Positions 12,201 to 23,272 of a stretch of DNA of 64,000 bases are shown here, in pieces. Made by a program: the position numbers and the translations under genes. The stretch lies in assembly GCA_040954595.2 (NCBI GenBank), contig CM082598.2, positions 3,417,154-3,481,153 of the forward strand, given 5' to 3'. This stretch comes from Balanoglossus misakiensis. Lineage: Eukaryota; Animalia; Hemichordata. Under the pieces are notes generated by a model that saw only the letters and a list, made by a program, of their open reading frames with translations, was not told the DNA's origin and did no database searches. Positions within the stretch are counted from its first letter, which is position 1. Each line of letters begins with the position of its first letter.

Positions 12201-15200
12201 GGAAGGATAGACCCTTTGGCATACATAGCTGGAAAGAAAATAAATGGGAGAATGAAATTACTTAGTGTTTTGCTGTATGTTAAAATACATTCAAGATGAG
12301 TGTACTATCAGTGTTCGGATATAAACAACCTAACCCTTTCACCCCCAGTTCCCTCTCTAGAGGTCCAACTTTACCACTGAAAACAATGGGTGTGGACTGA
12401 ACCATGGAAAGGGTTAAAACGATGAAACTGTATCCTCAAAACTCACGGGCAGATCATGAAAACTGTTTTTATTAACAGTGTAGAGTTCTGTACAAGCAGC
12501 ACGTACTGAAACAGTTTCATTTCCTGAATGGAAATTTTATATTTATGGACTTGTTAGTTTCTACAGGCAACAGAGAAAGAAACATGCATTAGTCACAATT
12601 AATTATATTTTGAAGGCTACAACTCAAGTCTTTTTGAGGACCCCAGATTTTTTAGTCTCAAATCTCAGATATGTGGAGAGATTTTCATTTCAGGCTACAG
12701 CGTTATCTGTCTGTTTCGCACTGCAGTCTGCAGTTACCATGACAACAAGCCGTATAATTTCTTCCACAGTTGAGAAAATTTGCCCACACACAGTTAGCTG
12801 CATTTATTCCTATATTTAGATCATAATGGAATATTGATTTTGCATTGACATCACAGCACATAATATCTTACCACTCATATCACATTGCGCGATGCTTTCT
12901 TTTAAAGCAAATATTTTTTTCAAGAACTTATGGCTATACGTTTAAAAACACTAATCAGTTTCTTCATTAAAGATTTTAATACTGATTTTATTTTTTTTAC
13001 AAATCTTGACGTCATAACTGACAAGACAAATATTTGCCAACACTGTCATTTTATTTTTTCTTTAATTAAAAAATTCTGAGGCCAATGGAAAATCTACAGG
13101 CCAATATTTCCCTATAACATATCAAGTCAGCTAAAAATTTATCATGAAAGAACTGTACACTCAAGCAAAGGTTTAAATCTCTGTGGAGGTCCATATAATT
13201 TCTCTTCCAACCAGCTGTCCAATTGCTGATCATTTTGACAGATTAAAGCACAAACCATTACTTGTTCCTCGAAACAGCAAAATAAGAACATTAAACTTTA
13301 TCATGATAAAAAGAAAATCTTGAGAAGGCCAATTTCCTTCTACGCTCTGCCTATAAATTGAGTCGTATCAAGGCCATAATACAGGTTGAAAGGTTCCACA
13401 AATATCCAGATACGTAGATACCATGGCTGGGCCAGCGTCCTTACATTATGGCCCCATTGTAGTGTAGTCACTGCGTTGATAACTTAATACTGGCATTTCA
13501 TCATGCTTTAGTGATTTCAAAGAAACTACAGTTCACTAACAATTAACAAACAAAATGACTGAGACAGCCACAAGTTACAGCTATTGAAAGTTCTAAAGAA
13601 ACAGTAACTCATTCTTCGTTAAAAGGCTGACGTGAACAACACTTACTAGTTGTTTGTTTTTAACCGTTTCAAAAAAGCGTCGAGAAAACACACATGTAAG
13701 TCACCTGGGGGTCAGCTTGTTAAAGGTATGTAACACAGATTTACTACACGAAGATAAAAGTCAGTGAATAGAATTGTATGGCTATGAGTGACAATAATCT
13801 TGATTTACATCCTCTTTTCAAATCAGATTACACCGAGAGTATGAATGCATTACCATGCCAACCGCATCCTTATCGAAACGATTCCAGTCCACATTCTGGG
13901 GGTAGTGGGATAGTACTTTAGACTTGTAGGCCCTTTGCAGGGGTCTGTAATGTAGATGTTCGCCTGCGAATAAAACAAAATGAAATTGCAAGATTCAGAT
14001 ATGAGTATAAAAGAATATTTGCTATATTTTTTGTTGATTTAGCAGCAAACAGGATAAATAATTAACATTATATTGTTGTTGTTCTTATCATCATCATCAT
14101 CATCATCATCATCACCATCATCACCACCACTGCCGCCGTCATCATCATCATCAACCATCACTGTCATCATCATCATCACCATCATCATCATCAATCATCA
14201 TTTCTCAGTAAAACAGTGAGAATAACATACATATATAGAGATGTAGATCTACATGAGAAATCCCTCCCTGAAATCATATCTATAACACCATTCTCACTGA
14301 AATCCAATCAACGACCCCACAGGAACTGTGTCAGTTGTTCAAGGCCACCTACAATCTCATTATCTCGGTTGACTTGGGAGGCTTTTTCTATAATAAAACA
14401 CCCTTTGACGATAGTGAGAATGTCACAATGAACGTCATTGATCAATTAGACTAACAGTCAGTGTGACTTCACAAAGATTATGGAACAAATATATTTTTAA
14501 AAGTTAAGTAATTATCAACCAGGTTTGGGCACATGAAAATGTGCACAGTAAGTTAACACAGTGAGTCTGAAATGGTACCATGTATGTGACAATTATCAAG
14601 AACAATTACACTATGTAGAATTTGTTGCCGCAAAATATAATATAAGATAAGAAGTGTAATACTATTACAGGGATGCATTCTTTTCTACTACATTTAATAA
14701 AAAGTGAATTCTATGAGTAATTTATTAAGTTTCAGTTCTGTGATATGAATGCCTGCGTAATGAATTGATGTGAAATTAACACACAGACTAAGTTGTTTTC
14801 ATTGTGCAATAAATGGTCCCTAGATAATTGCATTGAAATCAATACCCTGCTTTCATAAATCGGCACTACTGAGAGTCGACAATTGTGAAACAATATGATT
14901 TTGCTAGTACTGTAAAGGTCCTATAGTGAAGCTAAACTGATTTTTCAGAACACAGCTAGACTTGCAACTAACCTGGTCTGGATAATGATTGGTCATGATT
15001 TATGCATAACCATTCACTTTACATTATTGCTGGTATTTATCTTATTACATTGGACATGAAAATAATCTGACAGGGTTTCAGGTACATGTTAATGACCTAA
15101 TCCATGACAGCCAGCACAAATCATCATTCATCAATCTGATTAAATCAGATGATGAAGAGTTGGCTCGATCTGAACATTTGCTGGGTCTCTATCGTTCTGT

Positions 15201-18200
15201 TCTCCGATGTCCATCTCACTACAGAACAGCAAAGCAGACTGAAAGAACCAGCAAATGCAAAGATCGACCCAACTCTACATCTGATTTTAATCAGATGGCA
15301 TATGCATCTATCCCATCTCTCTGAAAACTCTGATTCTGGAGACAGGATTGCGGTGACTGCTGAATTGGATTTCGGTTTTTCACAGCACTCAACGGTTACA
15401 CGAGCAAAGTGCTGCAGATCAGCAACGGCGCGCCACTGGCAAGGTCGTTCGAGTCGTTGACTTCCGTATAACCTGATGAGTCATAACTCTGAATCCAGCT
15501 GGAGTTGTGGAGACGTGACTTGTTGTGTGCTCGGGTAATATATGCAAAGTGCATACATGTGCATTACATCAGTACTGTCAGGAGAAATGGAGCATGTGAT
15601 GCAGTCAGGATATTGTCTTTGATGTCAAATTTGACATGCAAACATATATACTGGCTAGTATTAGTATTAGAATTGTATACACGTATGAAACAACAACGTA
15701 TGCAATAAGTCTATACTGGTGCATAGAATTTTTAGTCGCAGAGGAAATGGGGCGTATAGCCAGGGTTATGTGTCCCATATCATATGTGCATTATGTCATA
15801 TTTGTCATGCACAACGCATGCACTTGAGGGACGTGCGACAGTTTAATAGAAACACCAGTATTGAACTCTATGATAACTTAATAACATGTATCTAGGGAAT
15901 CTTTTTGACTTTTTGTTATGAGTTAAACGGTCCAGAATGACCTTCACAAGACATCTGAGATTGTGAGCAGGTATAAATACACTAATTGTTTACTATAATC
16001 TTTCTTGTGCGTTTTCATTGTGATATAAATGTCTGACATTCTCGAGAAGAATTAATATTAAAATTATTACTAAGCTCTTTAGTGCCATTGCATTATTAGT
16101 AAATTACAACAGTAATTTATGACTGAAAATATAATGGACAATATTTTAGATCTGTATGGCTGTTGCATTGCTGGTAATGTTCATACTAACAGTACTCCAA
16201 ATTTACCTTTTTAAACTGAAATTTTCCTATATATTAGGCACCCCCTATGCAGATTTCCTTGTGTCGTAGAGACTTAAGGGTCTGTGATTGTATCAACTAG
16301 TGTTTGCAAGACAGGCACGAATTGAAGGTACGCGTGTATATATGTACCACACTGTTGCATACATGTATATCAAGGTTTTCATTCCCATTTGCACATGAAA
16401 GGTCAGGGTCTGACTCATAACAGTCAAGTTCAAAAGCAGAGTCCTTGACATTGAAACAAAAGAGTTGCTATGACCCCGGGTCATGGGTAGTCATGCATAT
16501 TAATGACTACAGGAAATTACATATAAGCCTGACATTTCACTGAACATTACATTCATTTTCTAATTAAAGTAATTTAAAGATATACAAGACTTCTACTACA
16601 GAACAATGGAGACTTTATGGTATCTAGTGATCATTAGCAACATTACATACACACAGTCGAACAATTTGTATGGCTTCCTGTCTAAGGTATGGTTTTCCTA
16701 GATATTAAAAGGACAAAGTCTCTCTCTTGCTGCCCTTTTCCCATTAAGTATGTTTGATACAAGACACCATTGATGTTAAGTACATGTGAATACATGTATA
16801 TAGTGAATCAACGTTCAACCACAAACAACTTCCATCCTGCATATAAATGTGAGAGTAAAAATCTCGCCAAAATGAATAAATGGTAAACACTGATTATTCA
16901 TTTTTGGCTACTTTAGATTATTCATTTCTTGCCGAAAAATGTGTTTTTATTTACTCATTAAATTCGGGGGGAGGGGTCTTTTCAAAATTGTCTTAAAATT
17001 AAGACTTTCAAAATGGCCGCCAAATTTGAGGTTCAAAATGGCCGCCTATATCTGTGCTTAGTCTATGGCATTCAAAATGGCCGCCAAATTTAGTGACTTT
17101 GAAAATCTCTATGGTAAACATTATGTAGAAATGATCCAACCCTCCTTTGTTTGTCTCACATATACTTAATGTATTTCATTTTCTTTTCATCCTAATGTAT
17201 TTCAGAAAATCATATTGGCTAATATGTTTTCTGTAACCTCTTTTTGTTTGAACTTTATAGCAGGTGAAGTTAGTGCTCTGAAATATACTCTGATAAATAA
17301 TTAACCCAGTTACTTTCAAAGGCAAAATAAATGGCTGGCGCCAATATGGTATCATTACATTATTAACCCTGACAGGTGGCTAATACAAGATGATGGGCAT
17401 TATTATAATGCTTTAGCATTCTTGCATCCTTGACTTATGAGATGAACAGTTCATAACAACTGAATGTGGTCAGAACAATTGTCTATCTCACAATTATGAA
17501 TCATAGCTGAGGTAATGCAGGGCCCTTTTTGGAAGTGCTTGTTTCATAGCAGGAAATGTAGAACTGACCCTGCATTACTAATAAATAGAGCATGCATGAA
17601 GAAATTTCGCAGTCACTGTCAGATATGAAATATTTTTATGACTATTATTTTATTCTCCCATTGATAGCCTGCATAATTTCCTACGATTTTATTAGAACAA
17701 TTTCAAAAATATATATTTCAAAATATTCAATTAATCATTTATAACACTGTTGGATGAATTCATTTTAAAATTAAAATGAACTAATAATATCCAATTCAAC
17801 GCAAATCACATTGTTTACATCAATACGACTTGGTAAGTATATTGCATAACAGATGTTTACACTTAGACTTGGTAAGTATATTACATAACATTGTTGAACT
17901 AAAAGTCACATAAAAAAGCGTCTAGACTATTTGCGATTCACTTCCTTTTTTCGTACATTCAATGTCTTACTCAACCATGACAACAGGAAACTTGATTAAG
18001 AATTGAGAGTATGGTTTGCGTGACTTCCTGTTGACAATAATTTTGTTGTTTGTTCCGTTTGCTGGCGTCTGATGATGTCACTTTCGGAAAACAAAGTGAT
18101 GTAAACAACGTGTGTTTGTTTCATATTCAAGGGTCCCAGCTGTGATCGCAGAAACCAACACGATTTCTGACAAAGTTAACCATACAAAACGACAAGATAA

Positions 18201-18443
18201 GTAATATTGTTCGGGTTTGGACCTTATCCGGGATTGTGTACAAGCGGACGTCACAGGAAAATACGCACGATCATAGGTAAAAACTGTATGATCGATAAAA
18301 AATGATCATCATATTTTGTTGAGATGGGCGTCAAAAATGTCAGACTTACCGGAAAGCAGATCGGGTTCTAGACCCGACGAGATGTCGAGACCACAAACGA
18401 CAAAATAATCAGCGAATCTAGTTTGTGCTTGAACAGTACTCAT
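242..18443 (-). CDS. DENND5: DENN domain-containing protein 5 (Rab6-interacting protein 1; uDENN-cDENN-dDENN, RUN, PLAT); 3' end lies outside the window
   Basis: Phase-consistent GT-AG exons: 18350-18443 ([28 protein letters not shown]), 13854-13963, 11619-12228 ([11 protein letters not shown]...[16 protein letters not shown]), 10537-10724 ([16 protein letters not shown]), 9241-9897, 8561-8795, 7773-7923, 7207-7300 (WRRKDRQ), 5655-5780 ([14 protein letters not shown]), 5358-5510 ([10 protein letters not shown]...[13 protein letters not shown]), 4944-5034, 1553-1655, 1119-1247 ([16 protein letters not shown]), 857-978, 548-690, 242-360 (PLAT: VRIGHDNSG). Motifs match DENND5A/B. Confidence 0.96.
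1341..1432. mobile_element. piggyBac-like ~90-bp MITE, family A
   Basis: TTAA-CCCTTTCACC...GGTGAAAGGG-TTAC; internal sequence shared with copies at 5160, 7348, 12331 and 25743. Confidence 0.7.
5160..5251. mobile_element. piggyBac-like ~90-bp MITE, family A
   Basis: TTAACCTTTTCACCACCATGG...GGGGTAGAAGGGTTAA; TTAA at both ends. Confidence 0.7.
7348..7440. mobile_element. piggyBac-like ~90-bp MITE, family A
   Basis: TTAACCCTTTCACCACCATGGTTCAGTCC...GGGGTGGAAGGGTTAC; close match to 25743-25837. Confidence 0.75.
8341..8548. mobile_element. Tc1/mariner-type MITE with TA target duplication
   Basis: TA|CTGTAAAACACTTTATTTTCGCGAG ... CTCGTGAAAATAAAGTGTTTTACAG|TA, ~25-bp TIR; ends about 12 bp from the DENND5 exon at 8561. 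Confidence 0.8.
10218..10527. repeat. 63-bp minisatellite, about 5 copies, intronic
   Basis: Unit GTATCACATGCTCAAGGCACAAATAGGAACAAATGGTAACTGTGACAATGGGTCTAGAGGGCA repeated head-to-tail without spacers. Confidence 0.95.
11227..11573. mobile_element. Kolobok-like foldback MITE (TTAA target duplication, AG...CT termini)
   Basis: TTAA|AGGGACAAAGTCTCTCTCTCGCTGCCCTTTTTTCCATTAATTAT ... ATAATTAATGGAAAAAAGGGCAGCGAGAGAGAGACTTTGTCCCT|TTAA; imperfect palindrome over nearly its whole length. Confidence 0.85.
12331..12417. mobile_element. piggyBac-like ~90-bp MITE, family A
   Basis: TAACCCTTTCACCCCCAGTTCCCTC...CCATGGAAAGGGTTAA. Confidence 0.7.
14087..14200. repeat. (CAT/CAC)n trinucleotide microsatellite in DENND5 intron 1
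   Basis: Interrupted ATC/ACC runs. Confidence 0.9.
16705..16909. mobile_element. Truncated second copy (left arm plus centre) of the Kolobok-like foldback MITE at 11227
   Basis: TTAAAAGGACAAAGTCTCTCTTGCTGCCC...CTCGCCAAAATGAATAAATGGTAAAC...GATTATTCATTTTTGGC aligns with ~11223-11422. Confidence 0.8.
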
Positions 18444-18770
18444 TGTAAATGTTGTGTGTTTTCCTCTGTTTTCACGGGGAAATCCTCATCGTTGCGTCTT
18501 CGAAGGTCCCATTCTTGCATCTGAGCTGTGTACAGCCCACAATCTCGTGACTTGCGAGATTATACGAGGTTGTACCCTTCGAATAGCTAAAACCTTAACT
18601 TTTGTAATATCATGGACAATAGTGACTTAAAAAGTCATTTTAAACAATAAAATTAAAATATCGTCAATTAAAATTAAATGTTGAGAAGGAAAGCTGTTCG
18701 GACTGACAGAATCATTTGTGTCATTTGAGGTCAAGTTTCACAATGCATTGTGGGACAACAATAAGGCAAA
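18444..18770. promoter_or_regulatory. Bidirectional promoter region shared by DENND5 and CDC37
   Basis: ATGs 327 bp apart, head-to-head; ZNF143/Staf-like site (GTCCCACAATGCATTG on the minus strand, 18741-18756); inverted repeat AATCTCG-N7-CGAGATT at 18541-18561. Confidence 0.75.
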
Positions 18771-21700
18771 ATGGTGGACTACAGCAAGTGGGATCACATC
18801 GAAGTAAGTGATCGTATTGCAAGAAAACCTGCCGTTTCAATTGCAATAGAGGTTTTTTCGTTAGAGGCTGGTATAAGCTAGTGATTTCGGTTAGTCAGTA
18901 TATTTTCTTGAGCCTAGTGACCCTCACGGTCGACGGTTATTCCGACCGCACATGCGTCGATGACGTCTCGTCGCGTGCGATGTCATTCAACTCATTGTCA
19001 ACAAGGAAGTTTCTGGAACTGCTAAAATCGGTCATGCCCAATATCCGAGTTGTTTATTATGTGTGAAAGAGTGCAACTATATGTATACTGATCGCATGTT
19101 CAAATATATTCAAAACTAAGTCATATCGTTAGGTCTTTGACTACTGAATTGTTGTCGTGGTTTATTTTGCAATGTACATGGGTTCATGAAATGTGTTTAC
19201 TTTTAAATCTCAGTCTCTCCTTATAAAGTGTGGTATGTCCTTGTTGAACTTGACAGATCTCAGATGATGAAGATGACACACACCCAAATATTGATACACC
19301 TAGCTTATTCCGATGGCGACACCAAGCCCGTGTGGAAAGAATGGAAGAATCTAAGAAAGAAAAAGAGACCTTAATCAAAAAGACCACTGAGTATGTATAA
19401 TTGACAGTACTTGTCAAGCTACATAAGCTTCCACTGTGATAACACAAGGCGGTGAAAGGGTTAAACCTCTGTCTTGTTGGTCATTCAAGTGTTCACAAAC
19501 TGACTTTTCCACACCTGTGTTTTATTCACATATGAAAAGAGTGAAGAAAACTGTCGAAGAACTTCGACAACAGTTTGACCAACTCTTGGCAGAAGGCAAA
19601 GATGTAAGTTACCATGGAATGTAGTACTATTAATATCTCATCAGCTGTCTTCATAGGTTTTCATGGCACTGATTGTATACTTGTGTATAGCCAATCCCTG
19701 CCGGAACTTGTATAATAATAAATAACACTACCCACCAAATATGGCCCCCTCTTCAATGACAGCAAAGTTTTCCAACAGTCTTTTTGAATGAATGAATGAA
19801 TGGTATTTTTCATCTCATAGAAAACAGTGGAGGGTCTCAAACTACGGGACAAGTTAAAAGAACATGAAAAACAAGAGGAGGAATGGAAGAAAAAGGAGGA
19901 AGAAATTGCCAAAAAAGAGAGAGTAAGGTTCCCTAATTTTTTCTTCAGAAACTTGAAAAGGACCACCTTCATAATTACTATGCTACTTCATATAAATATT
20001 GTCTTTATCAGTTGGTTGCATTATCTCTCATTTGACATGCACACAGAATAACTTTAATCAAGTAAACATGTACAGAAACGAGATAAACTGCTTATTAGCA
20101 ATGATTATTTTGATTTCCAGTTAACTCCGTGGAATGTGGACACAATCAGTCATGATGCCTGGCAAAAAACAATCATCAATAAATACGACAAACCTGGAGA
20201 CAAGGATATTAAGGACATGACAGATGAAGAACTCAACACCAGACATGTGAGTTTCATCGAGAAGTGCGGAGACAGGAGAATTTATAAGTACTGAATTGAA
20301 ATGGTTGTCCTAAGATACATTTAAACATTGCCAGTATACACCTTCTGAAGTAAACTGTGGCATTTAATAGTACAGTGATTTTTCGTATTATACATTTTGT
20401 GTACAGTCAAACCTGTCTATAGTGGCCAGTCAAGGGACTTCCCTATAATGGCCTAAATAGACAGACGGCCTTAATATACAGGTCAGTTAATGCATGTGTT
20501 GTTTGCTAACTCTTTCCTGTTGTTTTGCTTGCAACAGAAAACATTCGTGGAAAGAAACGACAAACTGGTGAAAAAATTTGGGATGATGAAACGGTGGGAT
20601 GATAGTATGCAGTTCTTGGTGGAGCACCCGAGCCTCACCTGTGAAGAGACCGCCAATTATCTGGCCATCTGGTGTATCGACCTCGAAGTAGAAGAGGTAC
20701 GTGGCGAATCTGCAAGGAATCTCACCCGTCATCCCCACTGTTTGGTCTGTGCCTTGCCTTGTCTGTGGAACAGGCGGTCTTGACTTCACTTGTCGACAGT
20801 AACAGTGACTGTTACTCACATACAGGCTTTGTTGAGAAGCTAAAGACTGTCCATTTCAAAGTTATCCAGAGTAGGACAAGGAGCCAGAGTTGGTATACGG
20901 GAGAAAATTACTGAAACAGCCAAAAGTTACTGGTGCTTTAATGCAATTATTTCCATGCTGGTGTTTCACACGTGGACTAAGCTGGCAAGCCATCTCTGCC
21001 CACTTGTCATTTCATTGATATCTCCCTAACGCACTGTTGTGTTACTTTGACAGAAACACAGCCTGATGGCTCAGGTAGCCCACCAGACAATAGTCATGCA
21101 GTACATCTTAGAGTTGGCCAAGAGTATGAACGAAGACCCCAGAGCCTGTATTAGACCATTCTTCACCAAGTAAGTGTAGAACGCAGAATTGAACCAGCCT
21201 TGAATATTTTAGAGTCACTCTCTCACGGCACCAAGGTAACTTCTTCTTTCTTTTGAAAATAGGATCAAGAAAGCCGATAAGATATACATGGATTGTTTTA
21301 CTGATGAATTAGAATCATTCAAAGAGAGGGTCAAAGGTCGTGCAAAAGCAAGGATCGACGCTGCCATGAAACAAGCAGAGGAGGTGAGCGAAGATTTTGT
21401 TACAGATATCAATTACTTTCACATCATATTATATCACACATTTTTACAACAGTATGCCAGTATTATATTGGATCTACGTTTTTTATGAGTTTTTATACTT
21501 TTCTCATGTCAACCTGAAGAATAGTCTGGTTCCCAGCGGTGGGATTGGGGCAGGGAACCAGACTACCTGAAGAAATACTTGAAATTGATTAATTTATTCC
21601 TTTTGACAGGAAATGAGAAAAGAAAGGGAGGCTCGATTAGGACCTGGTGGTTTAGATCCAGTGGAAGTTTTTGAATCGTTACCTGAGGTACGTTTGGTGT

Positions 21701-22191
21701 CGCAAATTTTATTCAGAATGTCCTGCGCTAGACTCTCTCACAGCCCCTCTCGTCGTCCATGCAGGCTTATGGACTGATTGCATGTTTGGTACATATACAC
21801 AACACCATATGGGGCTTCTCCTTTGCTAAACAGTTGAGGGCGCATCAGCTAAGAGCCTTGTAGCGAACCGTGGGCTGTGAGAGAGTCTAGTCCTACCCTT
21901 ACCCCCCTGATCATAGAAAGTTTCAAATTCATTTGCGATCGAAAAGTAACATTCCCGGGTTTGTGTTCGACCCCTGCTTTACATATACAGGCTCTACAGA
22001 AGTGCTTTGAAGGCAAAGACATATCCCAGCTACAGAAGACCCTGACGGAGATGGACCCGGACGAGGCCAAGTACCACATGAAGAGGTGTGTGGATTCCGG
22101 AATGTGGGTTCCGGAAGCCAAGACGCAGGAAGAGGCCGGCGCGCCAGCAGAGGAAACGGATCCGGACCCGGAATATGCTACTCTCGACTAA
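18771..22191 (+). CDS. CDC37: Hsp90 co-chaperone Cdc37
   Basis: Exons approx. 18771-18803 ([11 protein letters not shown]), 19257-19390 ([29 protein letters not shown]), 19540-19603, 19821-19922, 20121-20246 (TPWNVDTIS), 20538-20696 ([16 protein letters not shown]), 21054-21169 ([16 protein letters not shown]), 21263-21383, 21610-21687 ([17 protein letters not shown]), 21991-22191 ([13 protein letters not shown]...stop). Confidence 0.98.
20403..20483. mobile_element. pogo/Tigger-like MITE fragment
   Basis: TA|CAGTCAAACCTGTC terminus shared with the element at 30735-30913 and a fragment at ~28770-28809. Confidence 0.55.
21522..21565. mobile_element. 44-bp ultra-short MITE with 13-bp TIRs and a perfect 9-bp target duplication
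   Basis: CCTGAAGAA|TAGTCTGGTTCCC-18nt-GGGAACCAGACTA|CCTGAAGAA. Confidence 0.85.
21729..21889. mobile_element. 161-bp TAG-ended MITE with 18-bp TIRs and a degenerate 9-bp target duplication
   Basis: GTCCTGCGC|TAGACTCTCTCACAGCCC ... GGGCTGTGAGAGAGTCTA|GTCCTACCC. Confidence 0.75.
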
Positions 22192-23213
22192 TAAGTTATT
22201 GCGGATCATTGGGAAGACTATTGCTTAACCCAAGCGTTGCTTATTGATGTACTCTCTACATGATGGACAGCAATACCATTGTATGAAGTCAATAGACACT
22301 TACTTGAAACAAGCCAATATATCTACCTTCCAATCTCATGAATTTAAAATACCTGCAGATATTCACAATGAATATTTGAAACCAGACAATATACCCTGAT
22401 CATCTGTATCTCTAGCTTCCAATCTCATTGAACTTATAATACCATTTAAAAAATAAATTCTGTACGCTTACAAATATTCGCAAAATAAACATTACTGGTT
22501 ATAAATGTGTCAATACTACCCAGAAATGTAGTTAACTTTTTATGCATTGACGAAACTCCGAAGGTTTAGCAAAGAATAGGAAAAAGAAATAGTTTAGTTG
22601 TGAACCTGTGAACATATGGGCTGGTGTCAATCAAGGCATGGCACCCCACTTATGTACCATACATGGAATTATGGTGACATGACCACACCCAACTTATCAT
22701 ATATGGAGCTATGGTGATAATTATCCTGAACTCATTAACCATATATGGAGTTGTATAAATTTCAGGTGACTTTGTCCATGGCTATGTTGTATAGAAATAG
22801 AAATAGAATAGACTCTCCTTAAAAATAACTTGCTATACCAGTAATAAATCCATGTTGTACATACCGGTAAAATATTTCACGAATGATAGTGTCAATAGTT
22901 TCTAATATGCATGGTATAATTTCAGTATTGTGTATTGTATTTTCATTATGGTAAGATGCAACCTGATTGTAACGTAACCTTGACAACAAGAACTGATCCC
23001 CTTCAAAAGGTTTTGAATTTTGTGTATTTTCATTAAAAAGCTAGACCAGCTATGTATACAGTTGTCTCCTGAACTTGTTTTGTGTGTGTGTCTGTCTGTA
23101 TGTATGATGTGGGAGAGCCTGTCTGAAAGTGACCAATCAAACATGCTTGAAGACAAAGTGGGATACTACTCCCTTATTACCAAACTGCCAGGTTTTTGTT
23201 TTGTACGTAGCTA

Positions 23214-23272
23214 CCTACATACTACATACATGTACATACATACGTACGTACGTACATACATACATACATACA
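23214..23272. repeat. (TACA/TACG)n tetranucleotide microsatellite
   Basis: Interrupted TACA runs between the convergent 3' ends of CDC37 and the uncharacterised gene. Confidence 0.8.

Noticed and set aside
11720-12226. Several overlapping alternative-frame and antisense ORFs (118-168 aa)
   Set aside because: Explained by high GC3 in the DENND5 exon 11619-12228
15149-15173. ATGATGA...CTGA resembling C/D snoRNA boxes
   Set aside because: Boxes are only ~15 nt apart, antisense to the host gene, and lack a terminal stem
15473-15496. CTGATGAG resembling a hammerhead ribozyme core
   Set aside because: No correctly placed GAAA after a stem II and no stems I/III; better explained as an AP-1 site or chance
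17827-17890. Short direct duplication GACTTGGTAAGTATATT(G/A)CATAACA
   Set aside because: Simple local duplication; its donor-like GTAAGT is antisense to DENND5, with no further support
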